A DNA stretch of 64,000 bases from an uncultured Desulfobacter sp. (GTDB lineage: Bacteria > Desulfobacterota > Desulfobacteria > Desulfobacterales > Desulfobacteraceae): positions 5,664,001-5,728,000 of the forward strand of contig OY762069.1 of the NCBI GenBank assembly GCA_963665095.1, given 5' to 3'. Positions 47,029 through 57,007 of this stretch are shown piece by piece. The stretch's first letter is position 1. Every line of letters begins with the position of its first letter. A model generated the notes under the pieces. It was given only the letters and a program-made list of their open reading frames with translations. It was not told the origin of the DNA and did not search any database. The position numbers and the translations under genes are program-made.

Positions 47029-47284
47029 CGATTCTCCCGGCCCACTGATTCATGGTCAAAAATACTGTCCCTTGGGCTGGTTCGGCCGTTCCCTGATAAA
47101 TCTGGTACCAGGTGCCATGTCGGACCAACCCTTTAAAATTTCATACAGGTATCTGCATGTGAGCACCCGGATGTCATGATGCGGCTTTTTAACTTAGTTT
47201 AAAAAATAAAACTAGCAATCACAGACATTTATAAAAAATCAGCCCATGTTAGCGGTGATTAAAATATATAATAAAATTAACGCG

Positions 47285-47313
47285 TTGACAAATAAGATGA
47301 CGGGTTTTATGAT
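47285..47313 (+). promoter_or_regulatory. Sigma70 promoter
   Basis: TTGACA-17-TATGAT. Confidence 0.7.
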
Positions 47314-47386
47314 ATTGATCATGGGAAATATCCCTTTGGTAATTTCCATGAGTCAATAAAAAGATGTCAAGACAAAGGAGGAAATT

Positions 47387-47569
47387 ATGTTTTATCTGCC
47401 ATTGACAGCATCTCCCCTTGGCTGGATCATCCTTGGAGCCGGCGGGTACGCCCTTTATAAAGCCGGCAAGAGAAAAGGCCAGGATGAAGCAGCTGCATCC
47501 CAGATCACGGAAATTCCAAAAGAGGATGATAAAACCAAAACCACCACAGCCAAAGGAGCTAAATCATGA
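47387..47569 (+). CDS. Small single-TM protein (FezA-like character)
   Basis: RBS AAGGAGG; 'PLGWIILGAGGYALYKAGK'. Confidence 0.7.
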   Translation: MFYLPLTASPLGWIILGAGGYALYKAGKRKGQDEAAASQITEIPKEDDKTKTTTAKGAKS

Positions 47570-47835
47570 GTGTACCTGTAGTTGCGCATCCCTTGGGATG
47601 GATTGTTCTCGGCGCCGCCGGCTTTCTCACCTATAAGGCAGGAAAAAAAGCCGGTCTGGAAAACAGCCAGGATGTCACCAAAACCAGTTTGTCCGACCGA
47701 ATGGTCAAAGGAGCAATGAAAACCGTTTATAAAACCCAGAAAAATGTTTCCGAGGCCTTTGGAAAAACAAAAGAAAAATACGGCACCATGTGGTCAGAAG
47801 CCAGGGAAGAAGCAGAGGCAAAGCCAGCCAGCTAG
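47566..47835 (+). CDS. Small single-TM protein, paralogue of the preceding gene
   Basis: RBS AAGGAG; 'PLGWIVLGAAGFLTYKAGK'; amphipathic C-terminus ending 'EAREE'. Confidence 0.72.
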   Translation: MSVPVVAHPLGWIVLGAAGFLTYKAGKKAGLENSQDVTKTSLSDRMVKGAMKTVYKTQKNVSEAFGKTKEKYGTMWSEAREEAEAKPAS

Positions 47836-47933
47836 AAATTTGGCATGCTTGAGTGCTGATCTCCCCAGAAATAGAGCTTAGCACCCCCCTGCGTTTGAAC
47901 GGCTCGCAAGAGAAGTTCATGCCCACAACATTT

Positions 47934-48686
47934 TCAGGCAGTCCGGACGATGACTGCGCCAGCCTTTTCCGGCGTAAGAAAAAGGCGCAGTCCTCCCGGG
48001 CTTGATATGGTCACAGGTTCAGTATCAGGCCCGTGACCCTGAAGAGAGGTTGCCTGATCAATGGATTCCAGATACAGAGAAACACCGACCTTCACCCCAT
48101 GGGTCTCCAGATGCTGAACGCTTCTGGGACCGCCCATCAGCTCTGTCACTTCAAAGGCCACGCCTTTTTTTGCAAAATAGAACTGGGTCAGACCCTGGTT
48201 GGGATAATTGCCCCAGATTTTGGCCGCCTCCCCTTCTGACAGCCGGGTTCTTTCCCGGCCGTTGATCAGGGTCACATAATCCATATGCGGCATGGACCGG
48301 ATAAAACGGATATTTTCGTCATCAGGCAGGCCCAATCGCTCCAGGGCTTTTTCAAGAAAGCGACCCCCGGAATGGATCTCAATATGGCCCTTCTGGCCTT
48401 TTTCCATTTGTGCCAAAGGAATTTTTTCGCCGGATTCCAGATGTATATATAATTTCATCACAAGACCTGCGGGAATAATCACATCCCCCTTGGTCCCGTG
48501 CACCCGCACTGAATAAAAGTTGACTTCCTGGTCATGGCGAATGATCTTTGCCCCGGGAAACAGCCCCATATGTTTCAGCCATTTCTCCACATGGGAGTTG
48601 GTGACCTGGAGCAAAACAAGTTCGGTGTTTACCGGTGCATCAATCAATGACGAATAGATATTTCCATCTTTAGGCATGGTGATCAT
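47934..48686 (-). CDS. Protein with three tandem FeoA-like (SH3) domains
   Basis: Three repeats of the L..(M/L/H)G(L/V)..G pattern: 'LKHMGLFPG', 'LERLGLPDD', 'LETHGVKVG'. Confidence 0.7.
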   Translation of the reverse strand: MITMPKDGNIYSSLIDAPVNTELVLLQVTNSHVEKWLKHMGLFPGAKIIRHDQEVNFYSVRVHGTKGDVIIPAGLVMKLYIHLESGEKIPLAQMEKGQKGHIEIHSGGRFLEKALERLGLPDDENIRFIRSMPHMDYVTLINGRERTRLSEGEAAKIWGNYPNQGLTQFYFAKKGVAFEVTELMGGPRSVQHLETHGVKVGVSLYLESIDQATSLQGHGPDTEPVTISSPGGLRLFLTPEKAGAVIVRTA

Positions 48687-50787
48687 TGTCCTGTTTTGTA
48701 GTTTCCGGAATCATGGCCCGCTGCTCCCTCATTGCGGCATAGCCCAGAATCCCCACGGTGCTTGCATTGTGCAGAATAGCAGCGGCCACAGGTTTGAGCC
48801 ACCCCAAAGAGGCCATCAGCAGAAATGACGAATTCAGGGAAACTGCCGATACAAAGGACTGTTTAATGGTTCCCTGGCAGCGCAGTGCGATCAGGCGCCC
48901 GGTGAGCAGGCAGTTCAGGTCCTCCTTGAGCAGAATCACCTGAGCCGACTCCTTGGCAAGATCCGCCCCCGATGGCAGGCAGATGCCCACATCCGCCGAT
49001 ACCAGGGCAGGCGCATCATTCACCCCGTCTCCGGTAAAGCCTAGGATACAGCCTTCCTCCTTGAGCCGGGCAACAATATCAGCCTTATCCTCGGGCCTGA
49101 GATCTGCGTACACGTCGTCCACATCCGGCAGATATTGGGCCAGGGCCTTTGCCGTACGTTCCGTATCCCCGGTCAGAATTACTATTTTCTTAATGCCTGC
49201 GGCCTTGAGCCCGGAAAGCACGCTACACGCTTCCGGTCGAAGCTCATCCCGCAGACCCAAGACCCCTTCGAGCATCCCGTCCCGGGCCACATAAAGCAGG
49301 CTTTTTCCCTCCTCTTCAAAGGCCTGGGCCTCTTTGTCTGCGCCGGAACAGTCAATGCCTTCGTCGTCCTCTATGAAATGGCGGCTTCCCACCAGGACGT
49401 TGAGATCGTCAATATAGGCAGAGACACCATGTGCCACGATAAAGTCCACCTGGCTGGTGGGAGAAAATTCCAGATGTCTTTCCCGGGCCGCACCCACCAC
49501 GGCCGCTGCCACGGGATGTGCGTAATGCTCTTCCGCAGAGGCAGCCAGTGCCAGCAGCTGATCACTGTCAAGCCCGTTGACACTGACCACGTCCGTCACC
49601 TGGAGTTTGCCTGAAGTCAGGGTACCGGTTTTATCAAACACCAGGGTGTCCACCCGGGCCAGACTGTCCATGGCCTGGGCACCCTTGAGCAGCACCCCCT
49701 GCCGGGCCGCCGTGTGCATGGCCACCCGCACAGCCACGGGGCTGGACAGTTTAATAACGCAGGAGTAGTCCACGGTGAGTACGGCAGCTGCCTTTTCCAG
49801 ATCACGGGTAAGTGCAAACAGACCCACACCCAGCCCGAAAGTAACAGGCACCAGCTTATCCGCCAGCTCATCGCTTCTCTTCTGGGAATCGGATTCATAC
49901 CGCAAAGAGTCTTCCAGGAACTTTGAAATCCTGGCCACTGAAGTTTCCGCACCTACACGCACGGCCTCAAATATGATACGTCCCTCTTCAATCACGGAAC
50001 CGGAGATCACCTCATCCCCGGGTTTGACATGAACCGGCACAGACTCTCCGGTCACAGAACTCTGGTTGACAGCCGCCTCGCCTTCCAGGACCCGGCCGTC
50101 CAGGGGAATCATCTCGCCGGGCCCCACCACCACCCGGTCACCAATGCCGGCCTCTTCAAAGGGGATCTGGATCTCCTGCCCGTCTTTTTCGATCCATATT
50201 TTATCAACCTGGGGCTTTAACAGGCTTTTAAGCAGGCCCGTGGTCCTTGTTTCACTAATTTTTTCAAAATACTCGCCCAGGGCCAGGAGAAAGACAATGG
50301 AGGCTGCGGTAAAATAGTCCCGCCGCCATAAAGAAAAGGAAACCGCAGCCGCATCCAGCACCTCCACCTTAACCTGCCGGTTCCAGAGACAGGCCACCCC
50401 GTCAATGATCACCGGGGCCGACAGCATCAGGGCCAGGGGTGCACCAAAGAGTTTGGGAAGAAAAAAACAGGCCAGGGCCAGGGCGCCTTTTGCCGTCAGG
50501 CCAAGAAGGGACGGCGGCGCCTTTCTGTCGTTTTTTCCGTTAAAGACATCCAGAGGCAGATCCTGGATGCAGCCAAGCACAGCAGACCGGGTCTCTTTAC
50601 GGCTGTCATATTGGATAATCAGGGAGGAGGCACGACTGTTGAGCCGGGCCGATTCCACACCCGGAATAATCTCCAGGGTGGCTTCCAGGTAGTCGGGGTC
50701 TAGGTCCGGATCTCGCAGGAACCGCCCTTTCAGCCGCATTCGGTTCGGCAGTTCGCTGACAATGGTCAAGGGACGGGTCAGGCTCAT
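48670..50787 (-). CDS. fezB: P1B-6-type ATPase, ferrosome FezB-like
   Basis: N-terminal 'PNRMRL', TM4 'VDYSC..KL', DKTGT, GDGVNDAPAL, TM6 'HNAST'. Confidence 0.8.
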   Translation of the reverse strand: MSLTRPLTIVSELPNRMRLKGRFLRDPDLDPDYLEATLEIIPGVESARLNSRASSLIIQYDSRKETRSAVLGCIQDLPLDVFNGKNDRKAPPSLLGLTAKGALALACFFLPKLFGAPLALMLSAPVIIDGVACLWNRQVKVEVLDAAAVSFSLWRRDYFTAASIVFLLALGEYFEKISETRTTGLLKSLLKPQVDKIWIEKDGQEIQIPFEEAGIGDRVVVGPGEMIPLDGRVLEGEAAVNQSSVTGESVPVHVKPGDEVISGSVIEEGRIIFEAVRVGAETSVARISKFLEDSLRYESDSQKRSDELADKLVPVTFGLGVGLFALTRDLEKAAAVLTVDYSCVIKLSSPVAVRVAMHTAARQGVLLKGAQAMDSLARVDTLVFDKTGTLTSGKLQVTDVVSVNGLDSDQLLALAASAEEHYAHPVAAAVVGAARERHLEFSPTSQVDFIVAHGVSAYIDDLNVLVGSRHFIEDDEGIDCSGADKEAQAFEEEGKSLLYVARDGMLEGVLGLRDELRPEACSVLSGLKAAGIKKIVILTGDTERTAKALAQYLPDVDDVYADLRPEDKADIVARLKEEGCILGFTGDGVNDAPALVSADVGICLPSGADLAKESAQVILLKEDLNCLLTGRLIALRCQGTIKQSFVSAVSLNSSFLLMASLGWLKPVAAAILHNASTVGILGYAAMREQRAMIPETTKQDNDHHA

Positions 50788-51203
50788 TGGGCCTGCCCTT
50801 CCGGGGTATCACAGGAAGATTCCGGTGCCTTTTTCATTATCCGGTCAATCATGTACCCGGCCCCGGCCAGGGCTGCGGCGGTAAGCCCGATGTCCAGAAG
50901 GGTTTTCTTCTCGGTCAGGGAGAGAATCACGGTGGCAGCCACCCCTTTGGCCAGGCCATTGGCCACGGCGGCGGATTTGCTCAGGGTGCCGTTTTGCACA
51001 TCCACCATATTTGAGCCGAGGGTGGCGGCAGAGGCGATGGTCACGGTGATGGCTGCAAACTCCCAGGCGGGAAACTGCTCCCGGGGTATTGGAATGGGGG
51101 CAAAAAGTGCCGGTCCTGGAACCGGGGTTACGGGTATCGGTGTTGTGTCTGCAGCCAGGAAAGGATGCTGAACCGGTGCCTGAACCGGGGATTGTATATT
51201 CAT
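50784..51203 (-). CDS. Second MamC-like Gly/Ala-rich membrane protein with Pro-rich N-terminus
   Basis: 'LGSNMVDVQNGTLSKSAAVANGLAKG'; ATGA-coupled to fezB. Confidence 0.65.
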   Translation of the reverse strand: MNIQSPVQAPVQHPFLAADTTPIPVTPVPGPALFAPIPIPREQFPAWEFAAITVTIASAATLGSNMVDVQNGTLSKSAAVANGLAKGVAATVILSLTEKKTLLDIGLTAAALAGAGYMIDRIMKKAPESSCDTPEGQAQ

Positions 51204-51329
51204 TATGATCTGCCTTGTATTTGTTTTCCTGAAGATTATAAGCCATTGCTTAAATCAGGAAATATATTACGACAGACAACCGGCGTAACGCAAGACAAAA
51301 TCAACTATTCTTTACACAAAGAACTATCT

Positions 51330-51596
51330 CTACTTTAACTGACTATCTTTACTCCCTCTTCTATTAATGCCGGTTGACGCTGTCCGGGAGGCCTCATGCT
51401 CGGTCTGGCAGTCCACGCACAACCTCACCCCGGGCAGCGCCTTTCTGCGACCTTCCGGGATCTCTTCTCCGCATATCTGACAGTGGGTGAGGCTTTCACC
51501 TTTAGGCATCCTGCTCCTGGCAAGGCTTACGGCGTCTTCCACACCCGCATCAATCTGTTCCTGTACGGCCCCGTCCCGGGCCCATCCAACAGCCAT
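51330..51596 (-). CDS. DksA/TraR C4-type zinc-finger protein (YbiI-like)
   Basis: 'MAVGWARDGAVQEQID', 'CQICGEEIPEGRRKALPGVRLCVDCQ', 'NRRGSKDSQL'; start 51596. Confidence 0.9.
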   Translation of the reverse strand: MAVGWARDGAVQEQIDAGVEDAVSLARSRMPKGESLTHCQICGEEIPEGRRKALPGVRLCVDCQTEHEASRTASTGINRRGSKDSQLK

Positions 51597-51609
51597 AATT
51601 CCCTTCCTA

Positions 51610-52572
51610 TCAGGACATGTTGTCCCAGAATGACCGGCTCTGATCTTCCATTGATCCTGCATTGGCCTGTCTGCCGGAGGATCTGTTATCGTTTTTCGTC
51701 CAGGCGGCGCCTGTGGACACGCCTGCACTCCGAATGCCGGTAAGCCGGGCCACCCGGTCCTCAATGGATGGATGGGTGGAAAAAAGGTTCATCATCTGCT
51801 TTCCGGTCAAAGGATTGACAATAAACATATGGGCTGTGGAGGGACTGGCATCCACCTGGGCACCCCTGCGGCTGAAACCGCCCAGCTTTGACAGGGCGGA
51901 CGCAAGGCCGTTGGGATTGCCGGTGATGCTTGCTGCCGTGGCATCGGCCAGGTACTCCCGGGACCTGGAAACCGCCATCTGGACAATCATGGCGGCGATG
52001 GGCGCAATCATGGAAACCACCAGCACGCCAATGAACCCAAGGCCGCCCTCGTCATCATCCCGCCCACCGAAAAAGGCAGAAAACCTGGCAATGGACGCGA
52101 TCCACATAATAGCGCCGGCCAGGGTGGCCACAATGGTGGAAATCAGGATATCCCTGTTCTTCACATGCCCCAGTTCATGGGCAAGGACCCCTTCAAGCTC
52201 TTCCTGGTTCATCATGTTCAAAAGGCCCTGGGTAACTGCCACCACGGCATGTTCCGGGTTTCTTCCCGTGGCAAACGCATTGGGCGCGCCATCAGGAATC
52301 AGATAGACCTTTGGCATGGGAAGGCCTGCCTGCCGGGCCAGACGCGCCACAGTATCATACACCCCCGGGGCATGGGACCGCTCCAGAGGCTGAGCCCGAT
52401 ACATTTTCAACACCATTTTATCCGAATACCAGTAACTGGTTATATTCATCACACCGGCAAAGATCAGGGCGATGAACATGCCGGTCTGACCGCCCAGCAG
52501 ATATCCTATAAACAAAAACAGCCCGGTCATGATTATCAGCAACATGCCGGTTTTAAACTGATTTGCCATCAT
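51610..52572 (-). CDS. htpX: Zinc metalloprotease HtpX
   Basis: 'PNAFATGRNP', HExxH 'AHELGH', 'SRSREYLAD', 'STHP..EDR'. Confidence 0.95.
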   Translation of the reverse strand: MMANQFKTGMLLIIMTGLFLFIGYLLGGQTGMFIALIFAGVMNITSYWYSDKMVLKMYRAQPLERSHAPGVYDTVARLARQAGLPMPKVYLIPDGAPNAFATGRNPEHAVVAVTQGLLNMMNQEELEGVLAHELGHVKNRDILISTIVATLAGAIMWIASIARFSAFFGGRDDDEGGLGFIGVLVVSMIAPIAAMIVQMAVSRSREYLADATAASITGNPNGLASALSKLGGFSRRGAQVDASPSTAHMFIVNPLTGKQMMNLFSTHPSIEDRVARLTGIRSAGVSTGAAWTKNDNRSSGRQANAGSMEDQSRSFWDNMS

Positions 52573-52954
52573 ATTTCTCCAACCTTGTTCTTTGTTATAT
52601 ATAAATCATTTAATCCAAAGATGACCCCCATGAATATAAAACCGGCAATAAAAAAATCAACCAAGTGCAAGACAAATACGTGCCGGGAATCGTCAGGCCG
52701 GGCCTTAGGCTGTTACATAAACAGCCGGTTCCAACACCAGTGACCAGATTAATGTGAAAAAATATTCCTGTTTAAACAGGTAAAGTATAATCTTTCCAGA
52801 CAATAAAAAGCCATGGGTAATAATTCCAGCAGTACGGAATTTTAGTCATACCCATGGCTTCGATTCAAAAACTGATGTTTTCAGATTACTTTTTTAACCT
52901 TCTGCAAACAGTCCTTGAGTTCAGCAGAATTGAAATCCGGTTTCCGATTAAGCT

Positions 52955-54496
52955 TTATTGAACAACCACGACGTTACCCACGATGGGCAGTGCATCCGGT
53001 TCATTCTCCGGGTCTGTAACCGCTCTTACAACTACGATATAGTTACCGTTAAAAGGAAACGTAATATCGCAGGTATTCGCAGTGGAATACTCCTGTACCC
53101 TGTTCCACGTATCATCGGCACCCGAAATCCCATAATTTGCCTGATAATAGAACTCATAATAAATCGGATCGGAGGTGCTGTTGGATGCGGTTGCCGTAAA
53201 GGTCACTGTGTCACCGGCACTGATGGTGCCCGTTGCATTGGATGTGAGACTGCTAATGTTTACATGGGATCCGCTTCCTACAGTGACGACGCCTCCGATG
53301 ATCGGCAGGGCCTGGGGTTCATCGTCCGGAGAGGTTACGGTCCTGACAACCACAATATAGTTGCCTTCTGACGGGAATGTATAATTGCAGGTATTACTGG
53401 TGGAATAATCCTGCACCACGGTCCAGGGAGTACTGTCGTAACCGGAAGTGCCGTAGTTGGCGCAGTAATAATATTTATAGTAGACATCGGAACCGTCCAG
53501 GTTGCCCGCATTGACGGTGACCGTCATTGAATCCCCAGGGCTGATATTCCATGTTGCGTCAAAGCTAATGCCAATAATGTCCGGATTTGCGGACAGCACC
53601 CTGTAAGCAACAATGGTCTCATCAAGGTCCGGGACAAGGAGAAGATTTAAATAAGGGGAGTAAGAAATGTCAGCCAGCCATGTATATCCATCCCCTGCAA
53701 CAAGGGGCTCGGTAGTGTTATCCGGTTTCAATACACCAACAGTCATGCCGTTGGAATAAAAACAGTTTGAATAATTATCCCCGAAGATACCATCAACATA
53801 ATCTATGCCTGATACGCGGGTTGTAACTTCCAGGGTTGTGATATCCACAGAGGCGATACCGCCGTCGGTTCCCACGATAAGTTTTCCATCTTCCACATAT
53901 AATCCATTTGGATTTGGCACATCCGCACGGGCACTCAGCCACTCCCTCATGGCTGAAGCTCCGTCTTCCAATATATATATATTGCTGAAATTGGCATCAC
54001 TGGCATAAATATTTCCCGATGCGTCCACGGCAAGGCCATTCAGATTGGATCCTTCTACGCCGGTCTCGAAAATATCGGTAATCTCGCCGGTGGAAAGATT
54101 AACCGCCGTTAGCTGATCCCCGTCACCCACATATAATGTTCCACCTGTTACCGTGTTCTTTACAACCATGCCCAAAGGATCATTAAAAATTCCGCCTCCG
54201 GAGGATGTCCCTGCCCACTCTGCAGTATCGACAGTGCCGTCCGTATTAATTCTTGAAATATAGCCGTCCCCTTCTTCACTCCCGTTTAAGTTGGAGGCAT
54301 AAATATAATTGGTCACAGGATCATAGACAACAGATTCAGTATGTTGAAAACCAGTAGTTGTCCAAGCCTCGGTTACATTGTACAAGCTATTGGCAGAAAC
54401 GCCCTGACAAATAACAAACCCGCCTAAAAGGGCCAGAATCCATTGCATCAGGCCGGAATAAAAGATAAAGCCGTACCGGGGATTTTGTTTCTTCAT
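52955..54496 (-). CDS. Secreted SMP-30/NHL-like beta-propeller with two C-terminal Ig-like (triple-Tyr-type) repeats
   Basis: Signal-like N-terminus; 'ESVVYDP', 'GDGYISRI', 'PNG'; two ~90-aa repeats 'YY..YY.ANYG..W..VQ.YS..NTC..TFP..GNYIVVVR'. Confidence 0.7.
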   Translation of the reverse strand: MKKQNPRYGFIFYSGLMQWILALLGGFVICQGVSANSLYNVTEAWTTTGFQHTESVVYDPVTNYIYASNLNGSEEGDGYISRINTDGTVDTAEWAGTSSGGGIFNDPLGMVVKNTVTGGTLYVGDGDQLTAVNLSTGEITDIFETGVEGSNLNGLAVDASGNIYASDANFSNIYILEDGASAMREWLSARADVPNPNGLYVEDGKLIVGTDGGIASVDITTLEVTTRVSGIDYVDGIFGDNYSNCFYSNGMTVGVLKPDNTTEPLVAGDGYTWLADISYSPYLNLLLVPDLDETIVAYRVLSANPDIIGISFDATWNISPGDSMTVTVNAGNLDGSDVYYKYYYCANYGTSGYDSTPWTVVQDYSTSNTCNYTFPSEGNYIVVVRTVTSPDDEPQALPIIGGVVTVGSGSHVNISSLTSNATGTISAGDTVTFTATASNSTSDPIYYEFYYQANYGISGADDTWNRVQEYSTANTCDITFPFNGNYIVVVRAVTDPENEPDALPIVGNVVVVQ

Positions 54497-54979
54497 GTTT
54501 CGTCTCCTTAAAGCAATTTCACTCAAAAATTTCTATTTAGTTAACTATTATTGACCGTCCCAATTCAAAAATTTTCATCAACTTTTTCCGCCATTTTTCA
54601 AGTTTCCGACAGGGCGGTTCATCCTTTTGCAACATCTTGGAAATGCAAGGTGCATCGTAAAAATCAAACCCATTTAAAAGAGCAAGGTCCAGCTGAAAGG
54701 ACAATTCTTACAAATTTTGGGATTAAATATACTACAGTCCGCTATTTCCTCTGAATTCTCATGGTTGTGTTTGACTGATTGAAGTTTAAAAAAAACAATA
54801 TAAAAGGGCTTTCCATTTGTCAAACTGATTGAACTTTATTCAATTGTTTTCTTTTTGGATTTACGAACGGGGCGATGTGCTTATATTAGATAAAAAAGGC
54901 CTAATAGCCAGGGTCCGCAAACTTGTAACAAAACATAGCAGATTGACCATATAACCCGACAAACAGAGGAGGCGTCCCA

Positions 54980-55957
54980 ATGAAAACCAGAATCACCAAA
55001 CTATTCGACATTCAACATCCGATTATCCAGGGAGGCATGCATTATGTGGGACTGGCCGAACTTGCCTCAGCTGTTTCCAATGCAGGCGGTTTAGGCGTCA
55101 TTACAGCGCTTACCCAGAAAACCCCTGAGGCGCTTTCCAAAGAAATTGATAGATGTAAAGAGATGACGGATAAGCCGTTCGCAGTCAACTTAACCTTCCT
55201 GCCCACGGTAAACGCTCCGGATTACCCCGGATACATAAAAGTCATCATTGACAATAAGGTGCCGGTGGTGGAGACCGCCGGACGGAACCCGGCACAATAC
55301 CTGCCCATGCTCAAGGATGCCGGCATAAAAGTAATCCATAAATGTACCTCGGTGCGCCATGCATTAAAGGCCCAGAAAATCGGCTGTGATGCCGTATCCG
55401 TGGATGGATTTGAATGCGGCGGGCACCCCGGCGAAGATGACATTCCCAATATGGTGCTTCTGCCAAGAGCTGCTGAAGAGCTCTCCATTCCCTTTGCGGC
55501 ATCCGGTGGTATGGCTGATGCCAGAAGCCTTGTGGCCTCCCTGTCGTTGGGTGCCGACGGCATCAATATGGGCACCCGCTTCATTGCCACAAAAGAGGCC
55601 CCGGTCCACGACAATGTCAAGCAGGCTATCCTTGCGGCCAAGGAGATTGACACCCGCCTGGTCATGCGTCCACTGGGCAATACCGAACGGGTGCTGAACA
55701 ATCTGGCCACGGAAAAACTTTTGGAAAAAGAGGCGCGTCTGGGAAAGGATATTAAATTTGAAGATATCATTGAAGAGGTGGTGGGGGTCTATCCCAAAGT
55801 GATGACCGAAGGCCTGGTGGATACCGGTATCTGGTCCTGCGGTATGGTGGCAGGGCTCATCCACGACATTCCCACATGCCGCCAGCTTATTGATCGGATC
55901 ATGGCAGAGGCGGAAAAAATTATCCGGGACAGGCTGACCATTATGCTGGACCGATAA
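54980..55957 (+). CDS. Nitronate monooxygenase / FabK-like flavoprotein
   Basis: 'HPIIQGGM', 'AVSNAGGLG', 'DGFECGGHPG', 'MGTRF'; RBS GAGGAGG. Confidence 0.92.
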   Translation: MKTRITKLFDIQHPIIQGGMHYVGLAELASAVSNAGGLGVITALTQKTPEALSKEIDRCKEMTDKPFAVNLTFLPTVNAPDYPGYIKVIIDNKVPVVETAGRNPAQYLPMLKDAGIKVIHKCTSVRHALKAQKIGCDAVSVDGFECGGHPGEDDIPNMVLLPRAAEELSIPFAASGGMADARSLVASLSLGADGINMGTRFIATKEAPVHDNVKQAILAAKEIDTRLVMRPLGNTERVLNNLATEKLLEKEARLGKDIKFEDIIEEVVGVYPKVMTEGLVDTGIWSCGMVAGLIHDIPTCRQLIDRIMAEAEKIIRDRLTIMLDR

Positions 55958-56011
55958 AGCTGGAGGGGCTGGTTTTATAGGAGGTATCCGGACCCCAATT
56001 CCACACTACGG

Positions 56012-57007
56012 TTAAGGTACCCGGATTTTAAGATTGGCCGCCGGCTGACCGTTTTCAGTTATATCAATGATTTTTTTGGTGCCGATTTTTTCCATGATCT
56101 CTTTCATGGATTCGGTGTAGAGCAACTCCCATGCGGCCCCACCCTTTTCCCCGGCCTGGGCCAGAAGATTATTAAACCGCTGGGTTTTACCCTCTGCCGT
56201 TAAAATAACCTCCTGTTTATATCCCCTGGCCTGTTCCAGGGTCTCCATGGCGTCGGCTTTGGCTTTGGGCATGACTTCATTCCGATAGGACTCTGCCTCA
56301 TTGATATTTTTTTCCCGGTCAATGGAGGCTTTGACCACCTCGGAAAAATACTGGGCCACCCTGCCCGGCGGACTGATGTTGTTTATTTCCACAAAAGAGA
56401 CGCTGATGCCGGTTTCCAGCTGATCCAGCTTTGCCTGCAAGGCCTGCCGGATAAAACGTGCCACGGTCTGCTTGCCCCGGGTTAAAATCTCGTCAATGGG
56501 CATTCTTGCCATGCAGTGCAGAATGGTTTTGCAGGCAACATCCGTGAGCATGGTATCCGGATCTTTCACACAGAACAGATATTCATGGGGATTGAGCACT
56601 CGATACTGGATCACGCAGCTGACCATGGCCAGATTATTGTCCCCGGTAATGCAGTAGGAATCAAGACCCGTAGCCGCCTTAAAGCTGTCAGGGGACAGGT
56701 TCAGCCCCGTTGATTTTGTCACTTCCCAGAACGCCTCAATGGCCATGCGTTTAACCTGCCGGACAGCCACCTTTTCCACCTGGTCAACCGGCCAGGGCAG
56801 CCTGTAATGGATCCCGGGCTGAACAGTCTCATTGATAATGCGTCCGCAGCGCAGGTGTACACCGATCTCATTCTGGGAGACCGAATAGATCCCGGACAAA
56901 AGGTAGAGCAGAACAAGCCCTGCAAGAACCACCCTGGAAAAGATCCAGGCATGGCCAAGGGCCAGGTGAAAGGTACTGAGGAAAAAACCGGATTTTGCTT
57001 CATTCAT
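56012..57007 (-). CDS. hflK: HflK-like SPFH protein
   Basis: TM then 'PGIHYRLPWPVD', 'TGDNN', 'PP..V', 'INEAESYRNE..PKA'. Confidence 0.85.
   Translation of the reverse strand: MNEAKSGFFLSTFHLALGHAWIFSRVVLAGLVLLYLLSGIYSVSQNEIGVHLRCGRIINETVQPGIHYRLPWPVDQVEKVAVRQVKRMAIEAFWEVTKSTGLNLSPDSFKAATGLDSYCITGDNNLAMVSCVIQYRVLNPHEYLFCVKDPDTMLTDVACKTILHCMARMPIDEILTRGKQTVARFIRQALQAKLDQLETGISVSFVEINNISPPGRVAQYFSEVVKASIDREKNINEAESYRNEVMPKAKADAMETLEQARGYKQEVILTAEGKTQRFNNLLAQAGEKGGAAWELLYTESMKEIMEKIGTKKIIDITENGQPAANLKIRVP

Noticed and set aside
47305..47330. Fur box near the 47285 promoter
   Set aside because: Only about half of the consensus positions match, in AT-rich DNA
42364..51203. Magnetosome island suggested by MamC-like proteins
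   Set aside because: No mamA/B/E/K/M/Q-like genes in the window; the FezB context fits ferrosomes better
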